Assembly: GCA_002633005.1 (NCBI GenBank)
Contig: NMRA01000104.1
Coordinates: forward strand, 62,001 to 126,000
Direction: 5' to 3'
Source: Phoronis australis
Taxonomy: Eukaryota > Animalia > Phoronida
DNA length: 64,000 bases
This document shows, piece by piece, positions 12,626-24,561 of this stretch. The translations under genes were made by a program, and so were the position numbers. Each line of letters starts with the position of its first letter. Positions within the stretch are counted from its first letter, which is position 1. The notes beneath the pieces are model-generated. The model made no database searches and was not told the DNA's origin. It saw only the letters and a list, made by a program, of their open reading frames with translations.

Positions 12626-13902
12626 GGTTCTAAGACTGCATCCCAGGCCACACTGTGTCCGGCGTTGCCGAAGAATGACCATGAGCGTAATTACCGGGTT
12701 TGTTGACTTATTTTGCGACTACTTTTGTCGACTGCCTGTCTGGAACCGCACCTCAAGAGTCTCGCTTGATGAACAATGACAAAATGAAAATGAAGCAATG
12801 AAGAGACGCTTGGTTTATATCTACAACACTTGATTAAAACTCAGTCGAGCAGAGCAAACAGGGTGGAATTTCACCGGCCGTGCCAATTCCCCTCGGCTGA
12901 GACCGAGTGGCAAGCTCGTGGGTCACTTGCGAAATTGGCATTCCTATATGCAAGAATAATGATGCGTGACTTTCGTAAGCAATCCGGCCAAACGCAACAT
13001 GGCTTGCAAACTAAACTGCATCAGCCTGCATGACCACGAGTGTTGCCTGTATTGAAACAACACAACACATACCCACTTTGCGTTTGGAAGATATTGCTAG
13101 ATTCGTTAATAGGAACAAAATGTCCACCTCCAATTAACACATTGTTATATTACGAGTTCAGCTTGACCTCACTGTCAAGCATGTGCCAGGAGCGATTTTA
13201 CTTATGATGGAATGTTTCGCTTTCATGAGCATCCGTATATGAAAATCAACCGGTGAAAAGGCAACCCTGGAAAATGTCTAAGCGCCATGTCCCTATGGTC
13301 CAGATTTTAACTGCCCCTGGGGGCTTACTTTGGTCATCTGAAGGCGTGCCCTAGCTGACTCAAAACACAACTCTCTTTGTGCATGCCTACTGTGAGCAAG
13401 TCAGAAGCGTCCCATCGGAACCGCCGAATCATGATGGCCGCTGCTGAAAGGGACTGGACGATGAAAATTGGCGTTCTTGAATCCCGTTAGCCTAAGATTT
13501 GCGTAATGAGACTAATAGCGGCGCTTACCTTGGTTTCGCACAAATGTAAAACAGAGAATGCTAGAAATCATATTTGGAGTTTGCTGATTTCGAGTACACA
13601 TATTGGACCCCAGCCCCACTGAGCTAGGGCTGCTTTGCATAAATTTTACAAACTTATCCGCTGCATTTGATGTTACTGGCAAGAAATCAAAACCATTGCC
13701 CAACAATGGCATCGTGAAACGCGATATATGTGATTTTTCACATCCCAATTTATACACGAATAACCGTTTACCGTTTGGCCCAATAGAATTAACAGGAAGT
13801 CCTGAAATGAAGCCAGTGTAATATAATGAGGCTACGCCCTCCATGTGCAATAAATTTCAGTTATGCTAGCTGGGGTAGTTAAATCCAGGAATAGTACTTT
13901 GA

Positions 13903-14604
13903 TGTTGAAAACCCAGGAATAGAGGCAGTTATACAATAATACAGGAATAGTGGCAGTTATGCAAGAATTTTGAGTTATAGCGAGATGGACATATATGTAC
14001 ATGCAGAGTGGGTCCATCGCGTGGTCAGTTAGTTCGTTATATTCAGCTCGTCATAGAGAGATGGCCATATATGTACATACAGAGAGGGTCCATCCGTGAT
14101 GCCACTTAGTTTAAAAAAGCACTGGCTCTCGAGACCACGGCAGACTAGATCCACCTTAGATCAAAACTTCAGACTACGGGGCACGACTCCAGAGCTGGAA
14201 GACAACTTCAAACTTCTAAGACGAAGCCGGAGCCAGACGAACAACTTCTGTGACCAAAGAGTCAAGGGGAAAAGAACAACTGAGGTATAGACATTTATCA
14301 CGGGCGTTGGTCTCAGCCTGTTAGTCAATTTGAACCGGCTAGTGATTGTTCTGGAGGGGTTTGTTCTGTTGTGACTTGTTTTGTGTTAACGTGTGCGGTA
14401 GCTACGGGAACCAGTGGCTCTGTTGATTAGTAGTTTTCTAGTAGGGATATCTTGTCTCAATCAGTTAGTCGTCAGTCTCACAACTTATTGTAATCTTTAA
14501 TTTGTAAATCACAACGCTGCAAATTAATAGACGTATTCTATTGTTAAAGTATTCGTGTTTTGTTTTACTTATTACCACGTGCGCGCCATTTATCGGCCAC
14601 AACA
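13903..14604 (+). mobile_element. possible solo LTR or LTR remnant
   Basis: Starts TGTTG, ends CAACA; internal direct repeat at 13982-14017 / 14057-14094. No clean TSD. Confidence 0.3.
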
Positions 14605-14724
14605 CGCATTGATATATCACACGGCCCAGCAGGCTGGTGCCGTACTGAGGGCCGGGGGCAAATGCACTATGTTATGATAAGCTGTTGTGCAGAAAAATAG
14701 GCCAAATATCTACGAAATCTTAGA

Positions 14725-15743
14725 CAGTGGCGGATCTACGGGGGGGGGGNNNNNNNNNNNNNNNNNNNNNNNNNNNNNNNNNNNNNNNNNNNNNNNNNNN
14801 NNNNNNNNNNNNNNNNNNNNNNNNNNNNNNNNNNNNNNNNNNNNNNNNNNNNNNNNNNNNNNNNNNNNNNNNNNNNNNNNNNNNNNNNNNNNNNNNNNNN
14901 NNNNNNNNNNNNNNNNNNNNNNNNNNNNNNNNNNNNNNNNNNNNNNNNNNNNNNNNNNNNNNNNNNNNNNNNNNNNNNNNNNNNNNNNNNNNNNNNNNNN
15001 NNNNNNNNNNNNNNNNNNNNNNNNNNNNNNNNNNNNNNNNNNNNNNNNNNNNNNNNNNNNNNNNNNNNNNNNNNNNNNNNNNNNNNNNNNNNNNNNNNNN
15101 NNNNNNNNNNNNNNNNNNNNNNNNNGTGATAACTAATTATTTATTGTCGCTTTTAATAATAGACTATGAGTTGAGAGCACCTTCGTTCGCCAGTTTTTCT
15201 CGTAACGAGACAGAACACTTTCCGGACTAACAGTACAGGTCTTCGTTCTTAAACAACTTGAGGCTGCTGTTACGCGATTATCTGATATTCAAGTTTTTAC
15301 GCCCCGTCGGTGCTCCTTAATTATGCTCTTGAATATTTGGAAATTGTCTAAACCCCTGTATACACACCACACTTTTTCGTATACGACTTTTCGTATGCTA
15401 AAAAGGTGTGTGTAAGCAGATGTTCCAACAAAAAATTTTTGCTGGTGGCGTGACTTATACCCAGATGTGCACAATATGGTTTCACGAAACTTATGAGCCA
15501 AGTTCATGTGACGAACTCGAGAAGGGTTTTTAATTATCTTATAAAAACTCCAGAGACATGTTAAGTGCCAGAAACTTACCAGGATGCATGTACATTTCAC
15601 TATTTGGCTACAAAAACAAAAAATATCTTACACGGGAGGGGAAACCCCCCTGCCGACCTCCCCCCGCTCGGCGCCACGCGCCTAGGATTCGACCTTAGCG
15701 GGAATCTTAAACCCCCCTTGCTGAAAACGTAGATCCGCCACTG
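14725..15743. mobile_element. hAT-like MITE with 16-bp perfect TIR (contains an assembly gap)
   Basis: CAGTGGCGGATCTACG at 14725-14740 and its reverse complement at 15728-15743; TTAGA directly flanks both ends. Confidence 0.8.
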
Positions 15744-17660
15744 TTAGATTTTAACTCAAAAAGGTATATTTTACTTTCTGAAAATGAAGCGTCCCTAAAA
15801 TTTGATTTTTGACTTTATGCATATACCCTCAATTGGGTAACGTGATTATGTCTTTTAACTAAAATTGGCAATACAGAAAGGTGTAGTGATATCAAAATAA
15901 CGGCATCAATAATATGGCCACCAAATATGTTCGATAAAAATGCTCACGATGAAATCCTCAAAAAAATAGTTTTCTGAATCATTTCACTTTGTGAAACTTT
16001 TGATCTTAATTTATAAAAATCGTGAAAGTGAAACATTTTAAAAGCAAGGTCTAGCAGAGATTTGGAGAACAATGCACAAAGCACAGGATCTGAGATTTTC
16101 ACATGAATCCAATCAACCATTTCAGAGATATAACAATTCAACGTACACACAAATAGTTGATGCCGAAAATATGAGATAAAAAGGAAATCTCGGCGACTGA
16201 AGGGAAAATGTCTGCGAGGCTACGTGTGAGCCCTAAATGCTAGCGGCATGCCGACAACAGTTTTTTGCGGTGCTTAATTATTACCCCACCCACCTTGAAA
16301 TCCACTGACCGAGAACGGCTACTACCCCTTCGGGACTGCCACTTTCACTAGCACAACGCCAGGGGGCGAACTAACAACAACGAAGAAACCGCACGTGTGT
16401 TGTCAACGTTGTGCAGACGGAATCTCAACAAGTAAGCTGGGCACAGCGGTAGTTCAAAAGCAAGTATAGTTCTATTTTTTCTATACTGTTGTGCATTCAA
16501 ATTCAGTCTGGTCAGTTGTGCGAGTGGATTACGTATTTATCATTTCTATCGTCCAACTTAGTCACCACTCGTCGGCATCGCCATCAGATTTATCGGAACG
16601 CGGCCGAAGACTATTTGCTACCTTATTGAGTTGATCACCACCTGTTGTGTCTAACAGTTACTCGTCTCATGACATGTTCTTATCCTGGGCTAGCCTATCT
16701 GGGCTGGACGAGTTGTTGTGGCTGTGCTGTCCCGGCGCCACCATACCACAGCTGGCCATTCCGGAGTTCAAAATGCTGGTTTAAAATTTGCAGCCATGTT
16801 TGGTGGCTCAGGAAAGGGCGAGTATCCAAATCCAAAGAGACAGGCTGAATGCCGCAAGCCTATTTAGCCATCCGAGAGTCTAGTGTTGCCTATCTAAAAG
16901 GCCATCCAGTCTGAATTTTTGCACTATTGCCCTCCTGACCTCCTGTCAAAAAGAATCAAGCAGTTCGAACATTCTGTTATTCTTTTTTATTGTCCAACTA
17001 CAAGTTTTTATTTTAGGCAACGTACACCAAACTTTATAAAATTATTCTTATCCCGTTTCTAATGTCTAGGATCTGGAAGGAATGTCAGATTATTTTCTTT
17101 ATATCAGACTCATTGAATTACTCTCAGCTCAGTTAGGGACCAAATTTATTCTGGTAAGTAATCTAATTTTGGGACTGAATATTGGTCCCATTTTTTCATG
17201 AAAGTTATTTAAAATAACTCGACATACCCTCACCAGGCACAAAAATTCCCTTCTTATAAATTAAAAAAGATTCACTTGGGATGGATTTTCCCTTCACCAG
17301 AAAAAATTCGGTCTCAGAAGGCTCAGGCACCTTTCTTATCTGATAACAGGATATCATGCTGGTCTGCATTTGACTTGTTACATAATCTTGCTGTCCACTA
17401 CACTGGCCATTATCAAGGTGACTCCATCTGGACACTGGCAGCAAATAATGAGCTAACAATGTTTACCCCTATTCCATGAATAGAATTGACCACACCAGGA
17501 GATTTATATTGCCAACAAGCCAACATTGACCAGAGTGTTTGTTTCAAAGGGGCTACAGGTTATCTGTGTTGTAATCCTCAACATCATTCGTCCTTTATCT
17601 TTCTGTGGTGTCTTGTGATTTGCCAGTTTTATGGTTCCCGGGATGCTTGTTTTATTTAAA

Positions 17661-17728
17661 CTGCAGGCGGGAACCCTGCTGGCGGGAACCCTGCTGGCGG
17701 GAACCCTACTGGCGGGAACCCTGCTGGC
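17661..17728 (+). repeat. 15-bp tandem repeat (ctgctggcgggaacc)x4 in the 5' LTR
   Basis: Four units here versus one unit in the 3' LTR. Confidence 0.9.
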
Positions 17729-18076
17729 AGTCTTTCAGCAAGCAGTCAGGATGTCAGGGATGGGCACCTGGATTGGGTTTTACTGAAGCTTGAATAGCTG
17801 TGTTTTAACTGGTGAGTACTTCTAGAGGTCTAGCTAGTGAACCTGCAGTAATACAACAATTGGCATAGTCGGCACTGGTTAGGTTTTTCTAGGAGTATTC
17901 AACCACTTTTTCTTGAAAACCTTTGCCTGACCAGGGCATTTTCCGTAGGTCCGGGGGGGAAGGTTGGATAGGGGAGTGGTGTCGTGCTAGCGGGTTGCTG
18001 GTACGATGGCCAAGTGGTCTCTTGGTCTGTTGGGGTTGTTTGTGGTTTAACTGGGTTTTTATCCTTTGGGTTTTGG

Positions 18077-18512
18077 GTATTTATTTATTTATTGCGTCCT
18101 TGTAGTTGGTGAGTTTAGTCTTATAGGCATTGTTTTGGTTATGTCATTGAATTGAATACCATTCCATTGACCTAATACTTTCTCACTACAACTAAGTCCC
18201 TTATTTATTATCATATCCCTGGTATTTATTTATTTATTTATTTCGTCCTTGTAGTTGATGAGTTTAGGCTTAGACAGTGTTTTGGTTGTGTCATTGAATT
18301 GAACACCATTCCATTGACCTAATATTTTCTCATTACAACTAAGTCCCTTATTTATTATCATATCCCTGATATTTATTTATTTATTTATTTATTATGTCCA
18401 TGTAGTTGGGGAGTTTAGGCTTAGGCAGTGTTTTGGTTATGTCACTGTACACCATTTCATTGAGCTAATACTTTCTCCCTACAACTAGAGCCCCTATTTA
18501 TTATCTATCCCT
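18077..18512 (+). repeat. about 146-bp unit x3 inside the LTR element
   Basis: Units begin near 18077, 18222 and 18369 with (attt)n, then gtccttgtagttg...ccattccattgacctaat...tacaactaagtccc. Confidence 0.9.
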
Positions 18513-21500
18513 AGTGCTTGGTTAACCTGGGTGCGGTACTTCCATGTCCGTCCCAGTTGCCAGGAGGCCTATGTTTAATGGAGGGTCAGTCACAGTTCTC
18601 TGTGAACCTGTCCATTTTAGGTCTGCGTCCAAGGCGTTCCCTTTGGGTTGGAATATGTCTGCCCGGCCTCCACCCAAAGCACGTCAAAATGTACTAGTGC
18701 AATTAAGGTGGCATGCGTGTATCATGGTAGTGCAGGGTTTATTTTGATAACTCCACTAGAAATGCACGTGTCCTTTACCCTTTTGCAGCTGCAAGTCCGG
18801 AGAGTCTCCCTAGCGAGAACTATTTCCGTTAGGTGACTGCTCTCCTGCCCTGGGGCTGGGGGGTGGGTTGGGATCCTGCTAGGTTTTCTCTTTATGAGTT
18901 ACTTCATGTGTTTGGGATGTGCTGGCACTCTGAACTCTTTTTATTATTTTTGGTACTTCTATATTTAACCTGTGTGCGTTATTCTCTGCTTCTAAGGGAA
19001 CTGTCCTTGTCATTCTAACACTCTTGGTCTATTTAGCAGTGGCTTTATTTTAGGTAAGGTGTGGATATGATTAAATTCTTGGGAAGTTTTTTGTATCTGG
19101 CGAATGATGTTGATTCCCAGGTGGGTCCCACACTTTTTTAGGGAGGAGGGGAATGTTGTAATCGTCAACATCATTCGTCCTTTATCTTTCTGTGGTGTCT
19201 TGTGATTTGTCAGTTTTATGGTTCCCCTGGATGCTTGTTTTATTTAAACTGCTGGCGGGAACCCTGCTGGCAGTCTTTCAGCAAGCAATCAGGATGTCAG
19301 GGATGGGCACCTGGATTGGGTTTTACTGAAGCTTGAATAGCTGTGTTTTAACTGGTGAGTACTTCTAGAGGCCTAGCTAGTGAACCTGCAGTAATACAAC
19401 ATCTGCTTGACTTGTCATTTGCAATCTTCTTCTATTCTTTTCCAGGCTGTGCTTCTGTTTGGTTGTAAATGGTTGTAAAATGTTACACAACACTGGAATT
19501 GCAAATTCAGTTTCAGGTAAATATTCTTGGCTTAACTTATGTTGTGGATGATCAAATGTTTTTTTACATGAAGTTTTTGAACCATGTCCATGCCTATAGT
19601 CTTGGCTAGGACTAAGTACAAAATTTGCCAATAGACTTGCAGAGAATACATGTATGTTAATCGGATTGTCTAATTGCCAAATATCTGTCAGCGTGCTTGT
19701 GCTGTTTGAAAAATATTCCATCATCCCTTGAGGTTTGAAGTTTGCCCCTGCCCTCAAGCCTATGAAAATAACGATCCAGAAATTATGAATATTTGAGCAC
19801 ACAACTCGATCTTTTTTAACGCAAAAGTTTGTGTTGAAACTAACTAAATTGTGCCAAGTGATAAACAGAAGTACTTAAAAGTTGTTTAGCACGGTTGAGG
19901 AGAAATTACATGATAACCGAGGCATTGTTTTTTCTTTTTCTGCCCAGGAATGATCTTGTGACTACTTTACAAGGTGGGAAAACTGGATTGTGTTACATTT
20001 GTGGTTTTCACAATAGAATTGAACCATCGTGAAATAAGAAAAAAAATATGTACTGTTCACATATAATAGCCAGTCTATATTAAGCTATCAAACAAAAAGT
20101 CCCCTCCTGTTTTCTAGGAAACAGATCAGAACATATGGTTAACATCTACTTAAAGCCTCCCTTTTGTTTTGTACAGTTCCCTGTACTAACAATTAAAGTG
20201 AGTTTCTCACTCTGCATGTTTTAATTAGGTAAATTGTCCAAACATACCACTGTCTGCATTGATCATGCTTCATAATTCACCACAGGCCAAAGACCATAAA
20301 TGATGTAAGTATATTTCTGTTTTGTTTTTGTTGACCACTTTCATTGATTGAGAACACAAGCACATGTAGTTTAACTTAGAATCCTGGTCAAAATCATGGG
20401 CAACATCCAGTAGCGTCTGGATACCAACAGCTTTTAAAATTTCTATCCGCTTTCATTTCCTTTCAACCAGGTTTTTCCACAACCCAGATTCTGAGACTGT
20501 TAAAGCTGTTTTCCATGATATAAATATTGCCAACAGGAGGCGATTTTCAACAGTTGTGTTTTCAATAGGCATCATACATTAACACTGAATGATTTGATTT
20601 TCATCAGTTTTAAGTCATGTCGGCAAGTGAATACTAGGTCACATTCTTCGGGTAGATACGGACAGTGCTGCACCAAGGAACTGCGGTAATTTATATGATA
20701 AGGCGGCAAAAAAAGCTTCCATATGTTGAATCCACACAAAGAAATGGTTTTGTATCCAGCACAAAGTTAATCCAAGCAATTTACTTGTTTCATCTTCATT
20801 GAGCAACTAATAATCAATTCATTGCATTAGCGTAATATTGAAACTCAAAGTGTGCACAAACAGGAGTCATCACCAGGCAGGGTTATGTGAGGTTGTCCTC
20901 AAATGATTCCTGTTCTCTCTGACAGTATCAATTACCAACCCTCCCCCCTCCCCNNNNNNNNNNNNNNNNNNNNNNNNNNNNNNNNNNNNNNNNNNNNNNN
21001 NNNNNNNNCTCCCCCTCCCCCTCCCACCAGACTTACAATTGCAAGCATTGAATGAATGAAACAAATCACCGCTGTGTTTATGGGTTTCGTAATTTCAGTC
21101 ACAGTCAGACGGAAAGTGTAGAATTCTGTCTGAAATCTAACGTTTTTGCGACATCGAAAATATTTCCGTGATCATCCCGGATCAAAAAATGGACACAGCG
21201 TTTCTTGCGGATTAGCTAAATGCGCATCAGCAGAGACATCAAACTTCAAATTCCTTTGCAAGACAAGAAGGCGATTGGTTTCACTTCTTCCTGCGCCATT
21301 TCTCGTGGATCCGTCTTCGGAACTCAAGGGACATGGAAATGTCGGTATCAGCAATCTCTAAATATGGTGGTCGTCACTGAGGCTACCGGCAAAATCTGAT
21401 GACAACTTTCACCTCAAACTTTACTAATAAGTGAGTTGTGCACTCAGTTATTGGCTTCCAGACTATCGTTTACATTGGCCTGAATGGGGTAAACTTCAAC

Positions 21501-22388
21501 CTCAAGGAATGTGCAAAAATTTCCACTTATGCTTATATATTTGGCTTTCTCTGGTACAGGCTATCGGCAAAGTGTAATAATAGTTCATCACTCCTGTGTA
21601 TTTCTTATGGAGGGCTGCTGGTAAATTTTAGCGCATGTGTGGTAATACATATTACTAATTTCTGTCGAGCAATAATCGTCAGAGTAAGTAATTACTGTTG
21701 GCTCATGCGGCACTGTGCAGTTACTACCAGCTTTAGATACAGTCTACTTTGCATGTTTTCCTAGTCAAATTCAGTACGCCTGGAATGAGATGGCACTAGG
21801 TTAGCGACTTTGATGCTTCTTGAAATGAGTGTGACAATTTACCTCACCTTATTGAGGTAGGTTAGTTTGTTCTATTGTAACTTGTCCCAGCCAAAGTTGC
21901 AGTGGACGGAAGTAACCTGCAGGCCAGGTGTTTTCGTGCTTGCTCTTTTACATGCAAACTCATGTCAAATGCTTTTTTATTGACATGCAGCTGACGGGGG
22001 GGGGGGGCTCAGGCCCGATTTTAAGTGTCCGGTGCAGACCACCAGCGCAACTGTTGCCCCTTTTTTTAGTCCTCGGATTGTTTTGTTTGTAGGAGGTACA
22101 CATCCCCAGGAACTCTGGCTCCCCTATTGTTTAGGCTTTGCACAATTGCCCGAGACAAAATGTTGGACCCCCCGCTTATGCCTTCCTGGATCGGATGTTC
22201 ATTTGGGCAAGTTGTTCTAGGGTAACATGGTGATTCTCCCCAACTTATTAAACATGACACCTTAGATTTTAGATCTGGTAGTTTTCTGTTATACAGTAAT
22301 GAAAACAAATTGGTAGCAGCTATAATTCATTATTGATGTCAGAAGTTGTAAAATTTCCGTTCTGATTATTTACTTCTCTATGATAGCG

Positions 22389-22978
22389 AGTAGCAGCAAA
22401 TGTTGATAAAAACAAGGATGGATTCAAATCAGCTTGACATGTTTTGGCCTTTATTAAAACACCATCCTCAGAAGCAAAGACAGCATGGCCAACTTGCTGG
22501 GCCCAACAACAAGTAATACACAGACACAGTCAATTACTGGGGATTAACACTAGACTAGACTAACAATGACAACCTGTGGTGTACCAGTTGTCTATTGAGA
22601 CTGGGCTTGCCTCAGGAATTTTAAGCTCCCTTGTTTCTACTTGGTCTATTATTGCTAAGCCAATGAAAGAGGTTTGCTCGTAACAATGGTTGGAGCCCTG
22701 TGGATGAATATCTCTGGACTTCTGTCATTGAGGATTTAGATGTTTAGTGGTTAGAGTTTACAAGGGACAATTAAATAATTTCACCAATGTAACAGCACAG
22801 ATAAATTTGTACTCAACCCTGGACCATAGACCCATAGGAATTTTGTCATTGGGGTTAAATAAATTTGACCTAGCAAGGTGGCCACTGTTTTGGCTTTTGA
22901 TGATGGTGTTTTTATAAACGCTGAGACATGTAAAGCAGATTTCAATCCATCTCTGTTTTTATCAACATTATTTACTTC
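22389..22978. mobile_element. old MITE with about 115-bp imperfect terminal inverted repeats
   Basis: 22389-22507 (aatgttgataaaaaca...atggccaacttgct) is the reverse complement of 22864-22978 (agcaaggtggcca...tgtttttatcaacatt). Confidence 0.7.
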
Positions 22979-23190
22979 TTTATAAAGTTACATGAGTTGG
23001 GCACGCAGACACTAAAGATTTGCATTTTGAAAGGTCGCCTGCATGGTCACTGTCTCTCGAGAGGGTAGAAATTCCTGAGTAAACTGCAAGTCTTTGTTTG
23101 GTAGACGATGTGATTTCGGCGTTAAAATAAGAGTTGCCTAATTATTCAAGACATGTGTTTTCACCTTTTTGGTCTTTTGTTGGACTTCAG

Positions 23191-23279
23191 ATTTATTCAA
23201 ATTGGTGATGACAGTATGTATAGTTTGTAATCCCTGAGGTACTATAAGATTGCACCATGGCCATCTGTGTAGGCAATGC
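23191..23279 (+). other. candidate upstream exon of the DUF3715 gene (possible ATG at 23257)
   Basis: Strong acceptor (pyrimidine tract, ttcag) and donor gtaagt; accATGG context. Its phase-2 end does not join the 24562 exon directly, so the true start is unresolved. Confidence 0.35.
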
Positions 23280-23843
23280 GTAAGTAAAAGTTTAACTGCG
23301 GAAATGTGTAACTTCATTTTGTTAAATTTCTCATAAAAAATCTAAGGCCACTGTGTCGTATTACATGCTGTAAAAAATAAAGTGGTTTGCGTTTACAGCT
23401 ACAACCACGCAACTTCTGATTCAATTTTTGGGTGATAGTCCATTACAGGGGTCACAGATTTTGAGAACTAATCCTTTTCTGATAAGAGAAAACTGGTGTT
23501 TAAAATGTGTCTGTTACCCAATTTTGTGCAATAAATCTTTTAAATATTAATACCGGTATATGGAAATTAAGAAATTCTTTTTTACAGATTTAAAAAGTTT
23601 TTACAGTATGCTTTTTATTGACCCTTGACTTGTAAATTTGAACAACTAAGCATGTATTTATTTTTACTGTGGTGTTTAGACATATTGGTGTGTTTTTAAC
23701 TCTCCAGTGGTCAATATATCAGTACCAGTAATCTCTCTGTCATGTCATGCTATGAAGCAGGACTAAATGTTCGTATTCCAATCTACTCACTCACATCAAT
23801 CTTACACCCCCATTTTGGTTGATAGAAATTTGTATTGGGTTGA

Positions 23844-23996
23844 TGATAAATTATCATCCGTCAATATCAATATGATCATCATTCATTGCATCATTCTTAA
23901 TAAATGATCATCAGTCGATATCAGTATGATCATCATTCATAGCAACATTCAAGATAAATGATCATCGGTCAATATCAGTGTGATCATCATTCATAG
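23844..23996. repeat. about 55-bp tandem repeat x3
   Basis: gataaatgatcatc.gtcaatatcagtatgatcatcattcat repeated. Confidence 0.85.
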
Positions 23997-24561
23997 CTGC
24001 ACCCGATCGTCTAATGGTCATTTATTGTTGTGCTGTGACAAGAAATTGTTTAAATTGTTACGGTTAATAATAAACCTCGCATGAAAAGTCACATCAATCA
24101 GTGTTAATATGAATTGTTACCCGAGCATTTATATCAAATCATACAGTGGGGTTGATTTGTGGACCAGTCTGACCTGCAGCTCACCAAGGCAACCTCAAAT
24201 GTTATTTGATGTCCTAGTAAAAATCCCAAATCACGGTGTTGCCGGAGTGGCACCATGGCATCAGGGTTTCCTTGATTTTGCAAGCTCATCTCCTGTTTGA
24301 CAACCAGGGTATTCTGCCAGCTTGGATTTGGTGAGTTGGTGTTGTGCTACGTATGCTGAGATCCCTCATACCCTACACATGAATTCTGATGGTTGGTATC
24401 AATACATATCGAAAGTTTTCTTGAAAAGTTGTATGATGTACCAAAGTGACCTTTTAGTTTTAGTGCCTTGACTTTACTGCAGCCCCACAACAAAAACAAC
24501 ATAAGTATGCACGAGGAGTGAAATCAATAATTGTTATTTAAATCAAATCTTATTTTTGTAG

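Larger units (their letters stand above)
17567..19401 (+). mobile_element. complete non-autonomous LTR retrotransposon (Gypsy-type, TRIM/LARD-like)
   Basis: 5' LTR 17567-17858 and 3' LTR 19154-19401, both TGTTGTA...TACAACA. TSD TCTG at 17563-66 and 19402-05. PBS TGGCATAGTCGGCA at 17861-74, complementary with one mismatch to the tRNA-Ser 3' end. PPT AGGGAGGAGGGGAA at 19140-53. No gag/pol ORF. Confidence 0.93.

Noticed and set aside
11324-12779. plus-strand ORFs over the LINE
   Set aside because: Antisense shadows of the RT/RNase H coding strand.
12701-12828. TGTTG...CAACA segment as a solo LTR
   Set aside because: No target-site duplication and no second copy in the window.
14687-15230. ORFs full of X (also 20870-21064)
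   Set aside because: They run through assembly N gaps.
17605-17793. REPCW-repeat peptide ORF
   Set aside because: Translation of the 15-bp LTR tandem repeat; no ATG start.
24308-24330. 23-nt micro-exon linking the 23257 ATG to the DUF3715 exons
   Set aside because: Phases fit and the donor is good, but the acceptor is weak and there is no homology support.
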